This document shows positions 23,801-37,823 of a stretch of DNA of 64,000 nucleotides, piece by piece. Each line of letters starts with the position of its first letter. Position 1 is the first letter of the stretch. Under the pieces are notes generated by a model. It was given only the letters and a program-made list of their open reading frames with translations, made no database searches and was not told the DNA's origin. The translations under genes were made by a program, and so were the position numbers. Source of the DNA: the human T2T-CHM13v2.0 reference genome, Homo sapiens. The DNA lies in assembly GCF_009914755.1 (NCBI RefSeq), contig NC_060926.1; one strand, 5' to 3'.

Positions 23801-25283
23801 GTCCTGAGGACATGGGAACCCACACTGCCTGTCAGAATCAGCCTGTGCAAGGCTGTCTCACACGGGGAGCCAGTCGTCTCTGTGGCTTTGTGGCCAGGGG
23901 AGTCTCCACTTGCCCCAGACAGCAGGGGTCACCCCAGAGCCTTGCCGTGGGGGATGGGGAGAGCCAGCCCCTGTCTGGGTTTCAACAGTGCTGTGGGTGG
24001 GACTGGGGATGGTGGTCGGCCCGAGTCAGCCACAGCCGTCCTTGCCTTCTGCTTCCATGTCCTGTTTGGGCTGGAGGTCAGCCTGGCTCATGGTTCCCAA
24101 GCCTTTGGGAGACATTCCCCTGAGCACCTGACCCCTCTGCCCCGAGCCTCTTGCCTGCTGCTCACCTGGAGAGAGGGAAGGAGCCTCCTGCCCTACATTC
24201 TCAGCCATGCTGGGGAGAGGTGTCTCTCAGCCCCTGGCTCTGCTCCCCTGGGGTGGTGGCCAGGACAATCGCAGGGTCTGACTTAGGAAGGAGCCGTAGC
24301 CTGGACTTGCCACTGGAGCCCACCTCAGAATTGGAGCCCCAGCACCAGGCCCTAAGGACTGGGGCTTCCAGGCCACACTCAGGCCTGGAGATGGGGCTCA
24401 GCCACCTGATATCATGGCTGGGCGCAGCTTCCCTGCTGGGAGCGCAGCCTGGGTGGCAGAGTGGGTGGGCGATTCCCACCTCCCAGCTCCAAGGGGGCGG
24501 CGGGCATCCTGGGGTGGCTCCCAGGCGAGGGATGACTGCTTGCCTGGACCCTCCCTTCAGGTGATCTGCGAGTCAGCTTCCAATGTTTCTCCAGTCTCAG
24601 CCCTGTGGGAACTGCTGGGGCTGTAGGCCTTGGTCCCTGTCTTTGTCGCTGTCCAAACATTAGACTAATATTGCCCCAAATCGTCACTAATTCATAGCCA
24701 AAATATCGCAGCAGCTCCATATTAGACTTCAAATAAGTAGTCCGAGGGTCTGGAGGGTCCCAGGAATAGCCCGCTGCCCATCGGAATGACGCGGCACTGT
24801 CTTCGGGATCTGGACGTGAGAGGGGATGGGATGCATGGCCACCATGCCATGTGACAGTGATGCCTTCGACAGAACTGTCACCTGTATGGATGCCCACCTG
24901 CCAAAGCCTGCCAGGAAGGCACCTGCCAACAGCCAGTGCCAGGTTTCTTGCCTGCTGGAGCTAAAGGTTGCCTGCACGTCTTGGGAAATGCTGTGCAATG
25001 AGCCCTCTAGGTGGAGAAGGGCAGGAGCACTCGTTACAGGAGTGGGCTTGTGTTGGGTGACAGGGCAGGCTCTGAAGAAGCAGACATTGGCTCTGTATTG
25101 GGTGTGTCAGGGATGGGCGGTGGTGACAGGTATGTGTCATCTTTGATGGGCAGGCGGCACAAAGCCAGGCTGGAGCTGTCTCTGGACAACAAAAAACAGT
25201 CCCTCACCTGGGCCAGGGCTGTTTCTGCAGGTACCTGATGGTGTCTTTCGCTTTGTTTCCTCACAGACGCAGGCTCCTGGTGC

Positions 25284-25368
25284 TGTCTTCCTGTGACGTT
25301 GTCTTCCTGTGACGTTGTCTTCCTGTGACGTTGTCTTCCTGTGACGTTGTCTTCCTGTGACGTTGTCT
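25284..25368 (+). repeat. 16-bp tandem repeat TGTCTTCCTGTGACGT, 5 copies
   Basis: Five perfect units plus a partial sixth. Confidence 0.95.
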
Positions 25369-28300
25369 GTAGCCAGCAGGAGACACGACGGCACGGTGGC
25401 GTGCCCGGCTTCGGGCTGGGTGTCCTGGGCGTCCAGGCAAGTGAAGGCTCTTTTCTTCTGGTTGTGCCCCCTTCTGCCAGGGCAGCTGCAAGTAGACAGA
25501 GAACACACACCAGTGATGTCAGAGCTGCCCTTTGTCGAACTTCTGCTTTTTCCCAAGGTCTCCTGCAGAAGGTTGTCCATAGCTGGACTGGAGCTGTGCA
25601 GCTGGCTCCTTTGCAGCAGGATGCAACACGGAATCTTTTCACCAGACACCCGCGGGGTGGGCGCTCACCAGAAACAAAACCGCCCTGGTGCTTGCTGGGC
25701 CACGAGGCCGGGGGTCTGCGTTGGCGGCCGGCAGCCTCTTCTGTAAAGGGCCGGTCGGTGAACGTCTCCAGCCCCCTCAGCGAGGAGACCACGCTGTCGG
25801 CGGAGGGTGAAGGCAGCCGCAGACAGCGGAGGATGACACGGACAAAGGCCAGGCTGAGCTCCCGTGACCCTGTTTACAGAAATAGGCAGTGGCCCATCTG
25901 GTTGTAGTTTGAGACCCCGGCTCTGTGTGTCCCAACCCAGGAGGGGCTGCCTTGGAGGCTCTTCCCGGCTGCCCTGCATGAGCTGTAGTGTTCATGGAAG
26001 CGCGGGAAGAATCTTTGGCCAAAGCCCCGGCTCCCCCTTGGCTCCAGGAAGAGGCAGCCGGAGCCTTGCGCGTGTCCCTGACACCTCGGACCAGGGAGTG
26101 GAGGAGGGAGAGTGGCTGGGCTTCCAGGGCAGAAGCAGCACCCCCAGAAGAGGTGGCCCATGAGGAGCACGGGGGGCTTTGGGGTGCGTGGTTCCTCTCG
26201 GAGCCAGTGGCCCCTGGTCCCGAGCGAGTGTCCTCTGAGCGGAGGCTCGGGCCCCTGCCCTGGGCGCACTCAATGCCCCGCCCGCTGGTACCCTGAGCAG
26301 AGCAGCTGCCGGTGGCGGCGCAGGGCCTCCTGTCACACCCCCTCTGCATGAGCTGGGCTTCGTTGATGGAGCTGGAAGCTTCGCAGTAGCTGAATTTGTT
26401 CGTACAGGACCAAGCCCAGCTTTTCTAAGGGCTGGGGTGAAAATAGGAGGGCAATTTAAGTGCCGTTCGAGGTGTGGAAAGGATTAGCTGCTGAGCGTCA
26501 GGCAGCAGGCTCCGCGTACGGTCCTGGGCAAGGCCAGCAATGCAGCAGGGGCAGGAAGCTCCGGGCCGGGAACAAACAGGACACGCGCTCTGGCATCTCG
26601 GGGGTAAGTCGGCCTGGAATGGGGCAATAGGGGGGTTGGGATGAACTGGAAGGCAGAGAGGGGCTCTGAATTACTGGCGGTGAAAGCCCTGTGTCCGCCC
26701 CCTCAGAGGCAAGCATCCCTGTAGGACCATCTGGGGTCCTTGTGAAGCAGGCCTGTGCCCCCACAGGTGATGTGACTTTCGTCTCTGCTAGTGACAAGCT
26801 CTGACAGCGCTTGAAGACTGGAGGGAAGTGGACATTGGCGACTGAGTCCAAGTCACACAGCAGCCCCACTGACGCAGCTTTGAGAGCCGTGGCTGCCTGT
26901 GCCCCTGCACACGCTGGAGTCTCCAGGCCAGTGCCCACTCTGCCCTGAAGGAAGCAGAATTGTCAGCTCCAGCTGTCACGGGTGTGGCCAGGCAGTGGCT
27001 TGGGGCAGAGGTGGCCAGAGAGGGGGTGGGGGTGACAGTTTAACCTCTGAGGTCCTTTCCACACCCAAGACCAGACATAGGAAGCGGGAGGTGAAGGCCA
27101 CATAACAGGGAGGGTTGTCAGGGATCCTGGAAAGTCTTTGTCACTGTTGTTTTGCCTGGGGCAGGACAGGCTGAAGAGGGGCAGGTGTGACCTGTGAACT
27201 CTGCTCAGGGCCCCTGGGCACCTGTTGTGTTAAGGTTAGGGGGGCCTCCCAGCAGAACATCCCAGGGAGATTCACTGGAGGAGAACGGGCCCCACGCCCT
27301 TGGGGTCGCAACTGAGTTCAGGGTCCCTGCTGGATGTCCAGTGGCCTGTCCCAACTCTAGGCACCCCCTAAAGCATGCTCTGGGACACCCTGGTCCTGAG
27401 AGATGATAGGGTGAGCGGCCTGGGAGAGGAGAGGCACTTTGGGGAAACAAATCTGGGCAGCTGGTTTGCCTGGGGAAGACAGTGAATGGGGCTGGCTTCC
27501 AGAGGTACTCAGAAGCCGGTACTGTGGCACCAGGTTTAAGAAAAGACAAGCTTTGCTGTGGGTCAGCAACAAGGAGACAGGATGCAGCTCACATCCATCT
27601 CCCCTTCCTGGCCTTAAGGCAGTGCCGTCATTAGGAAAGGTCTGGGGTGGGTTCTGGGATTAGCGGGTGATTGCCGGAGGGAAAGGGGAGGTCTGAAATG
27701 TCCCCTGGGCATGTGCAGCTGTGTCTTCGTGCCTCTGCAGGGTCACATGTGCTGATTCAGGGGCAGTGAGTATGAACGTGAGGTGGAAATTTGGGCCGTG
27801 ATGTCAGCAAGCTGCTGCCCACTCCAGCCGGCCCTTTGGGTCCCCAGGATCTCAGGCAGTTTTATTCTCACAAGGAGGGAATTTCCAGCACGCTGCTGCT
27901 GTTCTTACCTGCCGTCATGTGAGCTCAGGAATCCCCGCTGTCAGTCACCGGTCTTTTTAACCCTTCGGGGCACGGTGTCACCTCCCCTCCCCGGCCCCAG
28001 CTGCTTCTCCTCCAGAGCTGGATTCAGGACTGAAGGAGGGAGGGAGGCAGCACCGAGGCCAGGTCTCCCACAGGCAATCCCCAGCACCCGCGATGGATGG
28101 ACGAGGGAAGGATGTTTTGTGGAAACGGTATTTCCCAAACATTCCTAAAAATCAAGTTTTAGTGAGTTGAACATAACTGGTCTTCTAACTACTGTATATT
28201 CATCTCTGGGTCCATAGAAGAGAACAGTGTTTCTGCATCTCCCCAGATGTGAGACGGCTCCTATAAAACCCTCACCGAACTTCCCTGGTGCAGGGTCTTA

Positions 28301-29876
28301 AAAGGCGGCCACACCCAAATAATGTCCTTCCCTTGTCAGAACAGAAGGAAAGGAAACAGCGCCCCCAGGAAATTCACTTCCAAATGAGCTTCGTGTAGAA
28401 ATCACTACCCCAAGAACTAGAATTCCATCCAGCTTCAATAGGACCAATTGTGTAATCAACTCACCACCACAGTGGAACCAAAGGAGAGGGCAGGACGGGC
28501 TGAAGAGGGGCGGGTTTGACCCCCGTACTCTGCTTAGGGCCCCCAGGCCCCTGTTGTGTTAAGATTAGGATGGCCTCCGAGCAGAACATCCCAGGAAGAT
28601 TAACTGGAGGAGAAAGAGGCCCCCAGCTGCTTCTCCTCCATGTGAGGAAGATACATATTAGCTCCAACAGGAGGTCCAATATTAGCTCACAAGAGAGGGA
28701 AAATGGGTTTCTGACTCACTGAAACTTGCGATTTGGGAAAAAGATCAATGAGAGGGCAGGGGATGAAGGACCTCTGGTTCCTGGATGAAGAGACTTATTA
28801 AATAACAATGACACAAATATGCTTCTTGCAGTATTCGGAAATCAAATAATGTGGAAATGGTTTACTAAGATTCACATTTACATAATGTACATTTATAAAA
28901 CACTACCCTAAAAATTACATTAGGTCTCCATTTGAGATATTGTGTAACCATTTCATAATAACAAAAAAAAAAAATAAAAGAGAAAAACATGGAAATTATT
29001 TTAGAAGACAAAGTTCTTGCTGTGTTTCTGGATAACTTTATTACACTAATTAACAACAACAAGATAATGTAATTACACTTCCCACTAGTGGGAGGGCATG
29101 AAAGCCCTTAATCACTGGGAGTCATGTTTGAGGAACCTGCAGGACATTATAGAAGAATTATAATCTGTTAGATTTCCACTTAAGTCGCTGAATGATCACT
29201 CAATAGCCACAAAACTAACAGAGAAAAAAATCAGCATCGCTTTAGTAGAGAGCAAAGCGTCTTGCGGTGGTTCTGGGTCTTTGGAAGTGGGCTCACCGGA
29301 AAGTGGGGTCACTCGGAGGCGAGACACTTCTGCTGTCAGGCTGTGTGGACAGCTCTTGGTGTAGGCACATTTCTCTGCTCTTCAGTGGAGGAGATTCTGG
29401 GCCAGGGCACCCTCACAGGGGAAGACTCCTAGCAGTGTCTTCCTCCCTTTCTGGAATCTGGAAAAGGACAGAGTCCTCTTCCTAGGAGCTGCACCCCAGA
29501 ACCCTTAGGACCCTCTAATATGTGGCAAGGGGATGAGGAGAGGATGGAGCTGGGTCAGCAGCACCCTTTCCTGTGGGAGGGTTGGATCAAGGCAGCCAAA
29601 CTGTAGGTGGTTCCGGGAACACAGGATCCACAGCCTGAGTTCTGGTGCCTGGCCTCTGGGGTGGGCCCACGTGAGGCTCTGGCTCCTGGGCCTGGGATGT
29701 GTGGTCCACCCTGGGCCCTGGAACCCAGACCTCACCTGCCACAGCCAGGTGCTCCTGCTCCTCAGGCTTCCATCACCGCGAGGGGCCTCTGGCAGATGCA
29801 CCCCATGCAGCATCAGGGACATGAGGATGCTCTGGGAATCCTAAACTCCTTCTTCCATAATTTTTATCTCACACGT

Positions 29877-30574
29877 TGTGCGGTAAAGAATTTAACCTTA
29901 TCCAAAAAGATGTCTAGCCCTTCCCTTGGCTTCTGGAAGGTCATGTCTAAGCCCTTAGAATGTCATGACTGATAGGAGTGTCTTTGTTTACCTTTGTTTG
30001 CCTTGGATAATGCCAGATAGTCTAACAAGGTGATTTAGGGTGGTGGCGGGCCACACTTGATAGTATTTAGGTGGGGGCTAACCACCAGAAAGACCGACAA
30101 TGTGATTTAGGGTAGGGGCTTTTGGTCACACATCTCAACCTCCTGAGGGCTGGAGTCTAAGGTCAACTATGTGAGCAATCAGTCAGTCAACCAATCAATC
30201 AACCATGCCTACATATTGGAGCCCCAGTAAAAACTCTGGGCAGAGAGCATCAAGTGAGCCTCCCCAGCTGGCCGTGCTGCAGGTGTGTCACCACACGTAC
30301 ATGCCAGGAGAGCAAAACTGGCCTGACCACACAGGGAGAGGACAACAGAAGCCTCTTGTTCTCCTGGATTCTGCCCTGTGTGCAGCTTCCTTGGCTGACT
30401 TGAAACTGTGTCCTTCTTCTGTGATAAACTGTAACCACACCTATAACAGCTTTCGGTGAGTTTTATGAGTCTTTCTATCAAATTACAGAACCTGAGGGTG
30501 GTGTGGGGTTCCTGGAACTTGTAATTGGTGTCAGAAGTGAGAGTGCTCTTGAGGACTGTTTTCTCTGTCGTCAC
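29877..30574 (+). mobile_element. ERVL-class LTR (MER21-like), followed by fragmented internal ERV sequence to about 36100
   Basis: Starts tgtgcggtaaagaatttaacctt...taagcccttagaatgtc...gagtgtctttgtttacct and ends ...tcaca. The downstream sequence looks like decayed proviral interior. Subfamily is from memory. Confidence 0.65.
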
Positions 30575-31129
30575 ATTTGGCTAAAGCTCTTGGAGTTGGA
30601 GTTGGAATTGGAAGTGAAATTCACTAGAATGACCCTGACTCACTGAAACGTGTGGTTTGGGAAAAGGATCAATGAGAGGGCAGGGGATGAAGGACCTCTG
30701 ATTTCTGGATGGCCATGGGTCACGTGTGGTATGGAGCTGCAGCCCTGCTGTGGTCAGTTGCAGGAGGTAAAAGTTTCCAACAGAATTTGGAAATGATGGA
30801 TCCAGATCCCCAGGAACTGGCTGGCCGGATGAATAAGGAAATACAAAGTAACAAAAACCAAGCTACATATGCAATCTCTTGGTTATTGTGTTCCCTAAAA
30901 GCTAAAACAAAAGTTAAGAGAGGGTGAAAGTAAAAGAGAGATCCTTCATCCCCTGCCCTCTCATTGCTCCTTTTTCCATACCACATTTTTTAGCGAGTCA
31001 GGGACATTCTAGTGAATTCCACTTTCAGCTGCAGGAATTTTATCAAACTGTAAAGGCAGAGAAAACAGTCCTCAAGACCACTCTCATTTCTGACAATTAC
31101 AATGATAGGCTATTACCACGGAGACACAA

Positions 31130-31520
31130 CAGTAGGCTATTAACTACTAACAGCCCACTGTTGACCCGAAGCCTTACTGATAACATAAATAATTAACACT
31201 TATTTGGTATGTTATAGGTATTATAAATTGTATTCTTCCAATAAAGTAAGCTAGAGAAAATAAACTATTATTAAGAAAATCATAAAGAGGGGAAAATACA
31301 TTTACAGTACTGTACTGTATTTATCAATATCATTAAGTTTTCTGTCATCTGTTTACAAGATGAATTGTCTCTCTGAAATGGCACAACCGCACCTGCAGAC
31401 CTCAGTACGTATCCAACAATTCAACTTTTTTCTTGTAATGTCATGACTTTTCTCTGCTTCTTGGGCACTTCCAGCATCACTAGTGGCACTTCATATGGGT
31501 CCACTGTGAGTTATTGTTTC
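31130..31520. mobile_element. TcMar-Tigger DNA transposon fragment
   Basis: Characteristic ttaactactaacagcccactgttgacccgaagccttactgataacataaa...aataaagtaagctagagaaaa and cacttccagcatcactagtggcact. Confidence 0.7.
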
Positions 31521-31861
31521 TGTAAAAGCTGAAATGAAAGCAAGAGAGAGGTTCTGAGCCTGAGCCAATGGGTAGTGAGGCCGAGGTGGTTGCCTTGGGG
31601 CCATGACCGATGGGAAGGTTAGAGGGAAAGGTAAGGAAGATGTTGGGCTGAATCCTGACATTGCACCAATCCTGGGTTCTGGGAGGTCCAAGCTATAGTC
31701 GCTGGCCTCAGGGCCAAAGGAAAAAGTTGTGTGGAAACAACAGATTGTGGGGAAATTCAGACTGCTTTGCAAAAGAATGAGGAAAGTCAGGTGGGAGAGT
31801 GAAGGAGCCCATCCCAGCAGGTGAACATCCTTCAACAGTTATTAAGAAATGGAAAGAACAT

Positions 31862-32290
31862 GGCCGGGCTCAGTGGCTCATGCCTGTAATCCCAGCACTT
31901 TGGGAGGCTGAGGTGGGAGGACCGCTTGAGGCCAGGAGTTTGAGACCAGCCTGGTTACATAGCAAGACCTCATCTCTAATTAAAATAATAATAATAAGCC
32001 TGGGCGCGGAGGCTCACGCCTCTAATCCCAGATCAGGAGTTCGTGACCCGCCCGACCAACATGGTGAAACTCCGTCTCTACTAAAAATACAAAAATTATC
32101 CAGGTGTGGCGGTGGGAGCCTGTAATCCCAGCTACTCGGGAGGCTGAGGCACAAGTATCACTTGAATCCAGGAGGCGGAGGTTGCAGTGAGCTGAGATCA
32201 CGCCATTGCACACCAGCCTGGGTGACAAGAGCAAAACTCCATCAAAAAAAAAAAAGAAAGAAAGAAAGAAAGAAAGAAAGACAGACAGAC
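31862..32290 (+). mobile_element. Alu left monomer plus an internally deleted Alu with (GAAA)n tail
   Basis: ggccgggctcagtggctcatgcctgtaatcccagc...; the second copy lacks part of the left arm. Confidence 0.88.
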
Positions 32291-32782
32291 GTGGGCAGAG
32301 CAAAGCAGACATTAATGGGGTTAAAACAACACTCTTACGGCAGCACTCTCAGAAACTGGAACTGCTGGGAGCTCCTGTGTGCCCCAAACTAAAGGGCCTA
32401 AACCTATGTTCATCCAGTTTGGAGAAATAGAAAACATTAGAAGGCAAAGGTGACCATGAGCAAGTTGGCCTCCAGTCACCTAGAGTGATGCTCCTGCAAT
32501 CCAATCAAGATAAGGGCTTGATTGATGAGAGGGTCAGGCATCCCTTGGCCTGACCCCTGGCTGGGGACCCAATGCTATACACCCATGAGTGGGTAAAATG
32601 CTCAGGGGATGGAGAAGAAATGTTTCTGGGACTCCTCAACACGAGAGCCCCATGCACTGAGATTGCTCCGTGGTGAGCAGGTCAGTGCAAACCTACCCGC
32701 AAAGGCCCCAGGAGCTGAGAGGCCGAAGAAAGAAGCTGACAAATACAGCTTCTCAGAAAGAAATATAGAATAGGGACTTATG

Positions 32783-33062
32783 TGGCTCACGCCTGTAATC
32801 CCAGCACTTCGGGAGGCCGAGGCAGGTGGATCACCAGGTCAGGAGATCGAGACCATCCTGGCTAACACGTGAAACCCTGTCTCTACTAAAAGTACAAAAA
32901 ATTAACCAGGTGTGGTGGCAGGCACCTGTAGTCCTGGCTGCTCGGGAGGCTGAGGCAGGAGAATGGCGTGAACCCAGGAGGTGGGCTTGCAGTGAGCCGA
33001 GGTTGCGCCACTGCACTCCAGCCCGGGCGACAGAGCGAGACTCCATCTTAAAAAAAAAAAAA
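32783..33062 (+). mobile_element. AluY, slightly 5'-truncated, with 14-bp TSD AATAGGGACTTATG
   Basis: AluY diagnostics gagatcgagaccatcctggctaacac and gaatggcgtgaaccc; TSD at 32769-32782 and 33061-33074. Confidence 0.93.
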
Positions 33063-33075
33063 TAGGGACTTATGA

Positions 33076-33456
<381 letters not shown>

Positions 33457-33904
33457 TGATAGAACGTGTGCAGCTGGTCATATCTTCGGACATTCTTGCC
33501 AAGACGTGTGTCCACTGAGCAGGTTAGATAGACGTCTTTTTGAAGGGTTCTCTCTGCTGCAGGCAATGTCTACAGACCCTACTGCAGAACACCTTGGTAT
33601 GTGGGGATCAAACACTGGTCATCATGGTGTTTTTGCTTCGAGATAAATACACAGCAACAGGCTGTTCTCCTACTGTGATTCCAAACCTGTTGGTGAAGTC
33701 TCTGTAGAAGCTACAGCTGGGGTGGGAGGGTGCAGGAAGCAAAGGTTGATGGGATGAAGGTGAAAGTTCCGATGAATATCGGAATGTTTGAGCAGATTTT
33801 ATGTGATGTGGTTGCACCTGCTGCACCTGAATGTGTCATGGGGGTAGATACTGCATCTGGCTGGCAGATGCTTCCCTTAGGTCACATGTAAAACAGAAGA
33901 CAGG

Positions 33905-34272
33905 TGTATTAGTCCATTCTTACACTGCTGATGAAGACCTACCTGAGACTGGGCAATTTACAAAAGAAAGAGAGGTTTAATGGACTTACAGTTCCACATG
34001 GCTGGGGAAGCCTCACAATCCTGGCAGAAGGCAAGGAGGAGCAAGTCATGTTTTACGTGGTTGGCAGCAGGCAAAGACAGAGCTTGTGCAGGGAAACTCC
34101 CATTTTTAAAACCATCAGATCTCGTGAGACTCATTCACTATCATAGAAAGACCTGCTGTCATCATTCAATCACCTCCCACCAGGTTCCTCCCATGTCATG
34201 TGGGAATTGTGGGAGTTACAATTCAAGATGAGATTTGGGTGGGGACACAGTCAAACCATATCAACCATATCA
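33905..34272 (-). mobile_element. THE1 solo LTR
   Basis: tgtattagtccatt...ggggacacagtcaaaccatatca; 5-bp TSD ACAGG on both sides; the terminal accatatca is tandemly duplicated. Confidence 0.88.
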
Positions 34273-34858
34273 ACAGGTAAATCTACCTTTCAGCCAATAT
34301 TGGCTGGGCATGCTAAATGGAGCCAATAACGTTGTCTAAGCCCACAGAGGTCATTAATTTGAAACAGTATTAAACAGCTGGTGGACAAAAAGGGCTTACC
34401 ACTTGAATGAATGCCCTGTTAGAAGCAGGAGTGCAGGCACACATTCTCTGTATGGTCCAGCCCTGTGTGAGGCAGACCAGGACTCACAGTCAAGCCTGTG
34501 AGCACCATCCAGCAGTGAGAAGTGCGATTTTGGACTGGAAATTTCTGTTTGAGAGACAATTTGCGGGTTACTGAGCTTTGATTAAGACTGTTCCTATGAC
34601 TGAAGGACATAAAATAACCCCAGAACCTGAAATACCCAGAATGTCTTAAGCATTGCCAGAGAAACACTCCCATGGAGAGGTCAGTGCCCAAAAGAATTCC
34701 GGAATAAAATGGAAATTTTATTTAATTTATGTATTCGGGTACAGGTACATGCTCCTGGGGGAAGGTAGGAGGAGCTCATCACCCCATGAGCAGAGCCTCT
34801 TTTCCCCGAGGACGGACGTTGGAATCCTCTGAGGAGCTGCCAGATGCTGTCACCATGA

Positions 34859-35252
<394 letters not shown>

Positions 35253-37094
35253 TCTCTGATTGAAGAAGGAAAAGTCAAACTAGCTCAGTGGGCTGACTTG
35301 CATGTGGTTTTCCTGTTTGGGTTTTTACTGACTCATAAGGGGTGGCCGGTGACATGGCCATGTGATTGCAGATAGCCAGTGGAAAACTAGTCTATTAAAG
35401 AAAGGGCCCCTTGAAAATCACTGTGGGAGTTTCAGGGGTGCATTAAAGTAGAACATGACAATATCCATCAGAAGAACCCCTTCCAGGATCAGAAGGTGAT
35501 CGGAACTGGCAAATGGGAGTCCTGGTGCATTCACTTGGGATGGCCACAAGGGCCCATGGAAGCCGTGGATGTGGAGGCTGCAGCGGCGCAGGGAAGGGCT
35601 GCGCCTAAACATGTCCTCCCCCTCAACACACCCTCGGAGCCATGAGATGCAACTATCTGCTGATACAGAGACAGAGACTGCAGATGGCTGCAGGGCAGAT
35701 TTACCTGGAAGCAGAGGGGGGTAAGGGGGAGGCCCTGCACATAGCTGGCAAGTAGAATTGATTCTGTAGCCCCAGAAGCCTACAAATAGGTCCTGAAAGG
35801 AACAGACACTGACTCTGGGCTGGGCTTTGCTTGCCCAGTGGTACATGCAAATGCACAGAGTGCTGTAAAAGAGCTGGAACAGAAGCTTTCATGCCAGTGT
35901 GCACTGCTGAGTTACATTTCTTCACATCAAGAAACACACTCATCGTCAGAGCAATGGCTTGAGAAAGAATTGAAACAGGCAATTGAAACACTGGTTTTCC
36001 AAAAAGAAAGAAGCTATAGGCACCAAGGGCTGGTGTGTGCTCACACTGAACATGAGGGGCCAAGGGAGGGTCCCTGCTGGGGAGATTCCTCTGCTTTTCT
36101 GGGGAGCTGGGGAGGAGGGGGTCGGGGAGAACTCATATAATTATACAAGTCTTTCCGTGAGGGAAGGATAATGGTACAGTTCTTCTGTTTGCTGCATGCA
36201 CATGAGTAATTGTCCCTGGTAATTTCTTTGCTCTGAAGGTTCTATCTGTATTAATAGAGCCATGATTACTTGATTTTGTTCATGTTCTCATGGTCTATCT
36301 TTCTCCATCCTTTTATCTTCAGCCTAATTATATAATAATTACAGTTGAAATGAGTTTCTGAAACACAGCGTGTATTGGGATCATGTTTTTGTATCCATTC
36401 TGCCAATATCTTTAAATTGGTATATTTGTCCATTTACATTTTATGTAAGTACTGATATAACAGGGCTTAATCCTGCCATTTTATTTTCTGTTTACTGTTT
36501 TTTCCCTCTGATTTTTAAAATAAACTTCATTTTTAATAGATTTTATTGTTTAGAGCCATTTTAGGTTCACAGAAAAATTGAGCAGAAGATACAGAGATTT
36601 CCCATATACTCCCTCCCCCCAACACATGCCTAGCCTCCCCATTGCCCACATCTATCACCAATGTGACATGTTTGTTACAATTAATGAACCTACATTGATA
36701 TATCATTATCACCCAAAGCCCATGTCTTACATTAAGGGTCATTCTATGTTGTACATTCTATGGGTTTTGACAAATCTACAATGACATGTATTTACTATGA
36801 CAGTATCATATACAGCATCCTACCTCATGTATTTACTATGACAGTATCATATAGAGCATCCTACCTAAAACTCCTCTGTGCTCCACCTGTTCATCCGTCT
36901 TCCGCCTTCCCCATCCCTTGGCAACCACTGATCTCTTTACTGTCTCCATAGCTTTGCCTTTTCCAGAATGTCATATATTTGAATCACATAATATATGATT
37001 GATTGGCTTCTTTCACTTAGTAATATGCATTTAAGGTTTATCCATGTCTTTTCATGCCTTCATAGCTCATTTCTTTTTAATGCCAATAGTATTT

Positions 37095-37823
37095 TTTAAA
37101 AATTTTTTATTTCCACAGGTTACTGGGGAACAGGTGGTGTTTGGTCACATGAGTAAGTTCTTTAGTGCTGATTTGTGAGATTATGGTGCACCCATCACCC
37201 GAGCAGTATACATTGAACCCAATTTGTAGGCTTTTATCCCTCACCCCCTTCCTACCCTTTCCCTCTGAGTCCCCAAAGTCCTTTGAGTCATTCTTATGCC
37301 TTTGCATCGTCATAGCTTAGCTCCAACTTTTGAGTGAGAACACAGAATGTCTGGTTTTCCATTCCTGAGTTACTTCACTTAGAATAATAGTCTCCAATCT
37401 CATCCAGGCCACTGCGAATGCCATTAATTCATCCCTTTTTATGGCTGAGTAGTATTCCATCCATATATATATATATATTTCACAGTTTCTTTAACCACTC
37501 AATTGATGGGCATTTGGGTTGGTTCCACGTTTTTGCAATTGCGAATTGTGCTGCTATAAACATGCGTGTGCAAGTATCTTTTTCGTATAATGACTTCATT
37601 TCTTCAATGTGATACCATCTTACTCCTGCAAGAATGGCCATAATAAAAAATCCAAAAATAATAGATGCTGGTGTGGATGTGGTGAAGAGGGAACACTTCT
37701 ACACCGCTGGTGGGAATGTAAACTAGGTCAACCATTATGGAAAACAGTGTGGAGATTCTTTAAAGAACTAAAAGTAGAACCACCATTTGATCCAGCAATC
37801 CCACTACTGGATATCTACCCAGG
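37095..37823. mobile_element. L1PB-like 3' end with 5' inversion
   Basis: Minus-strand L1 3' end to about 37605, then the adjacent ORF2 3' segment on the plus strand (37606-37823). Confidence 0.75.
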
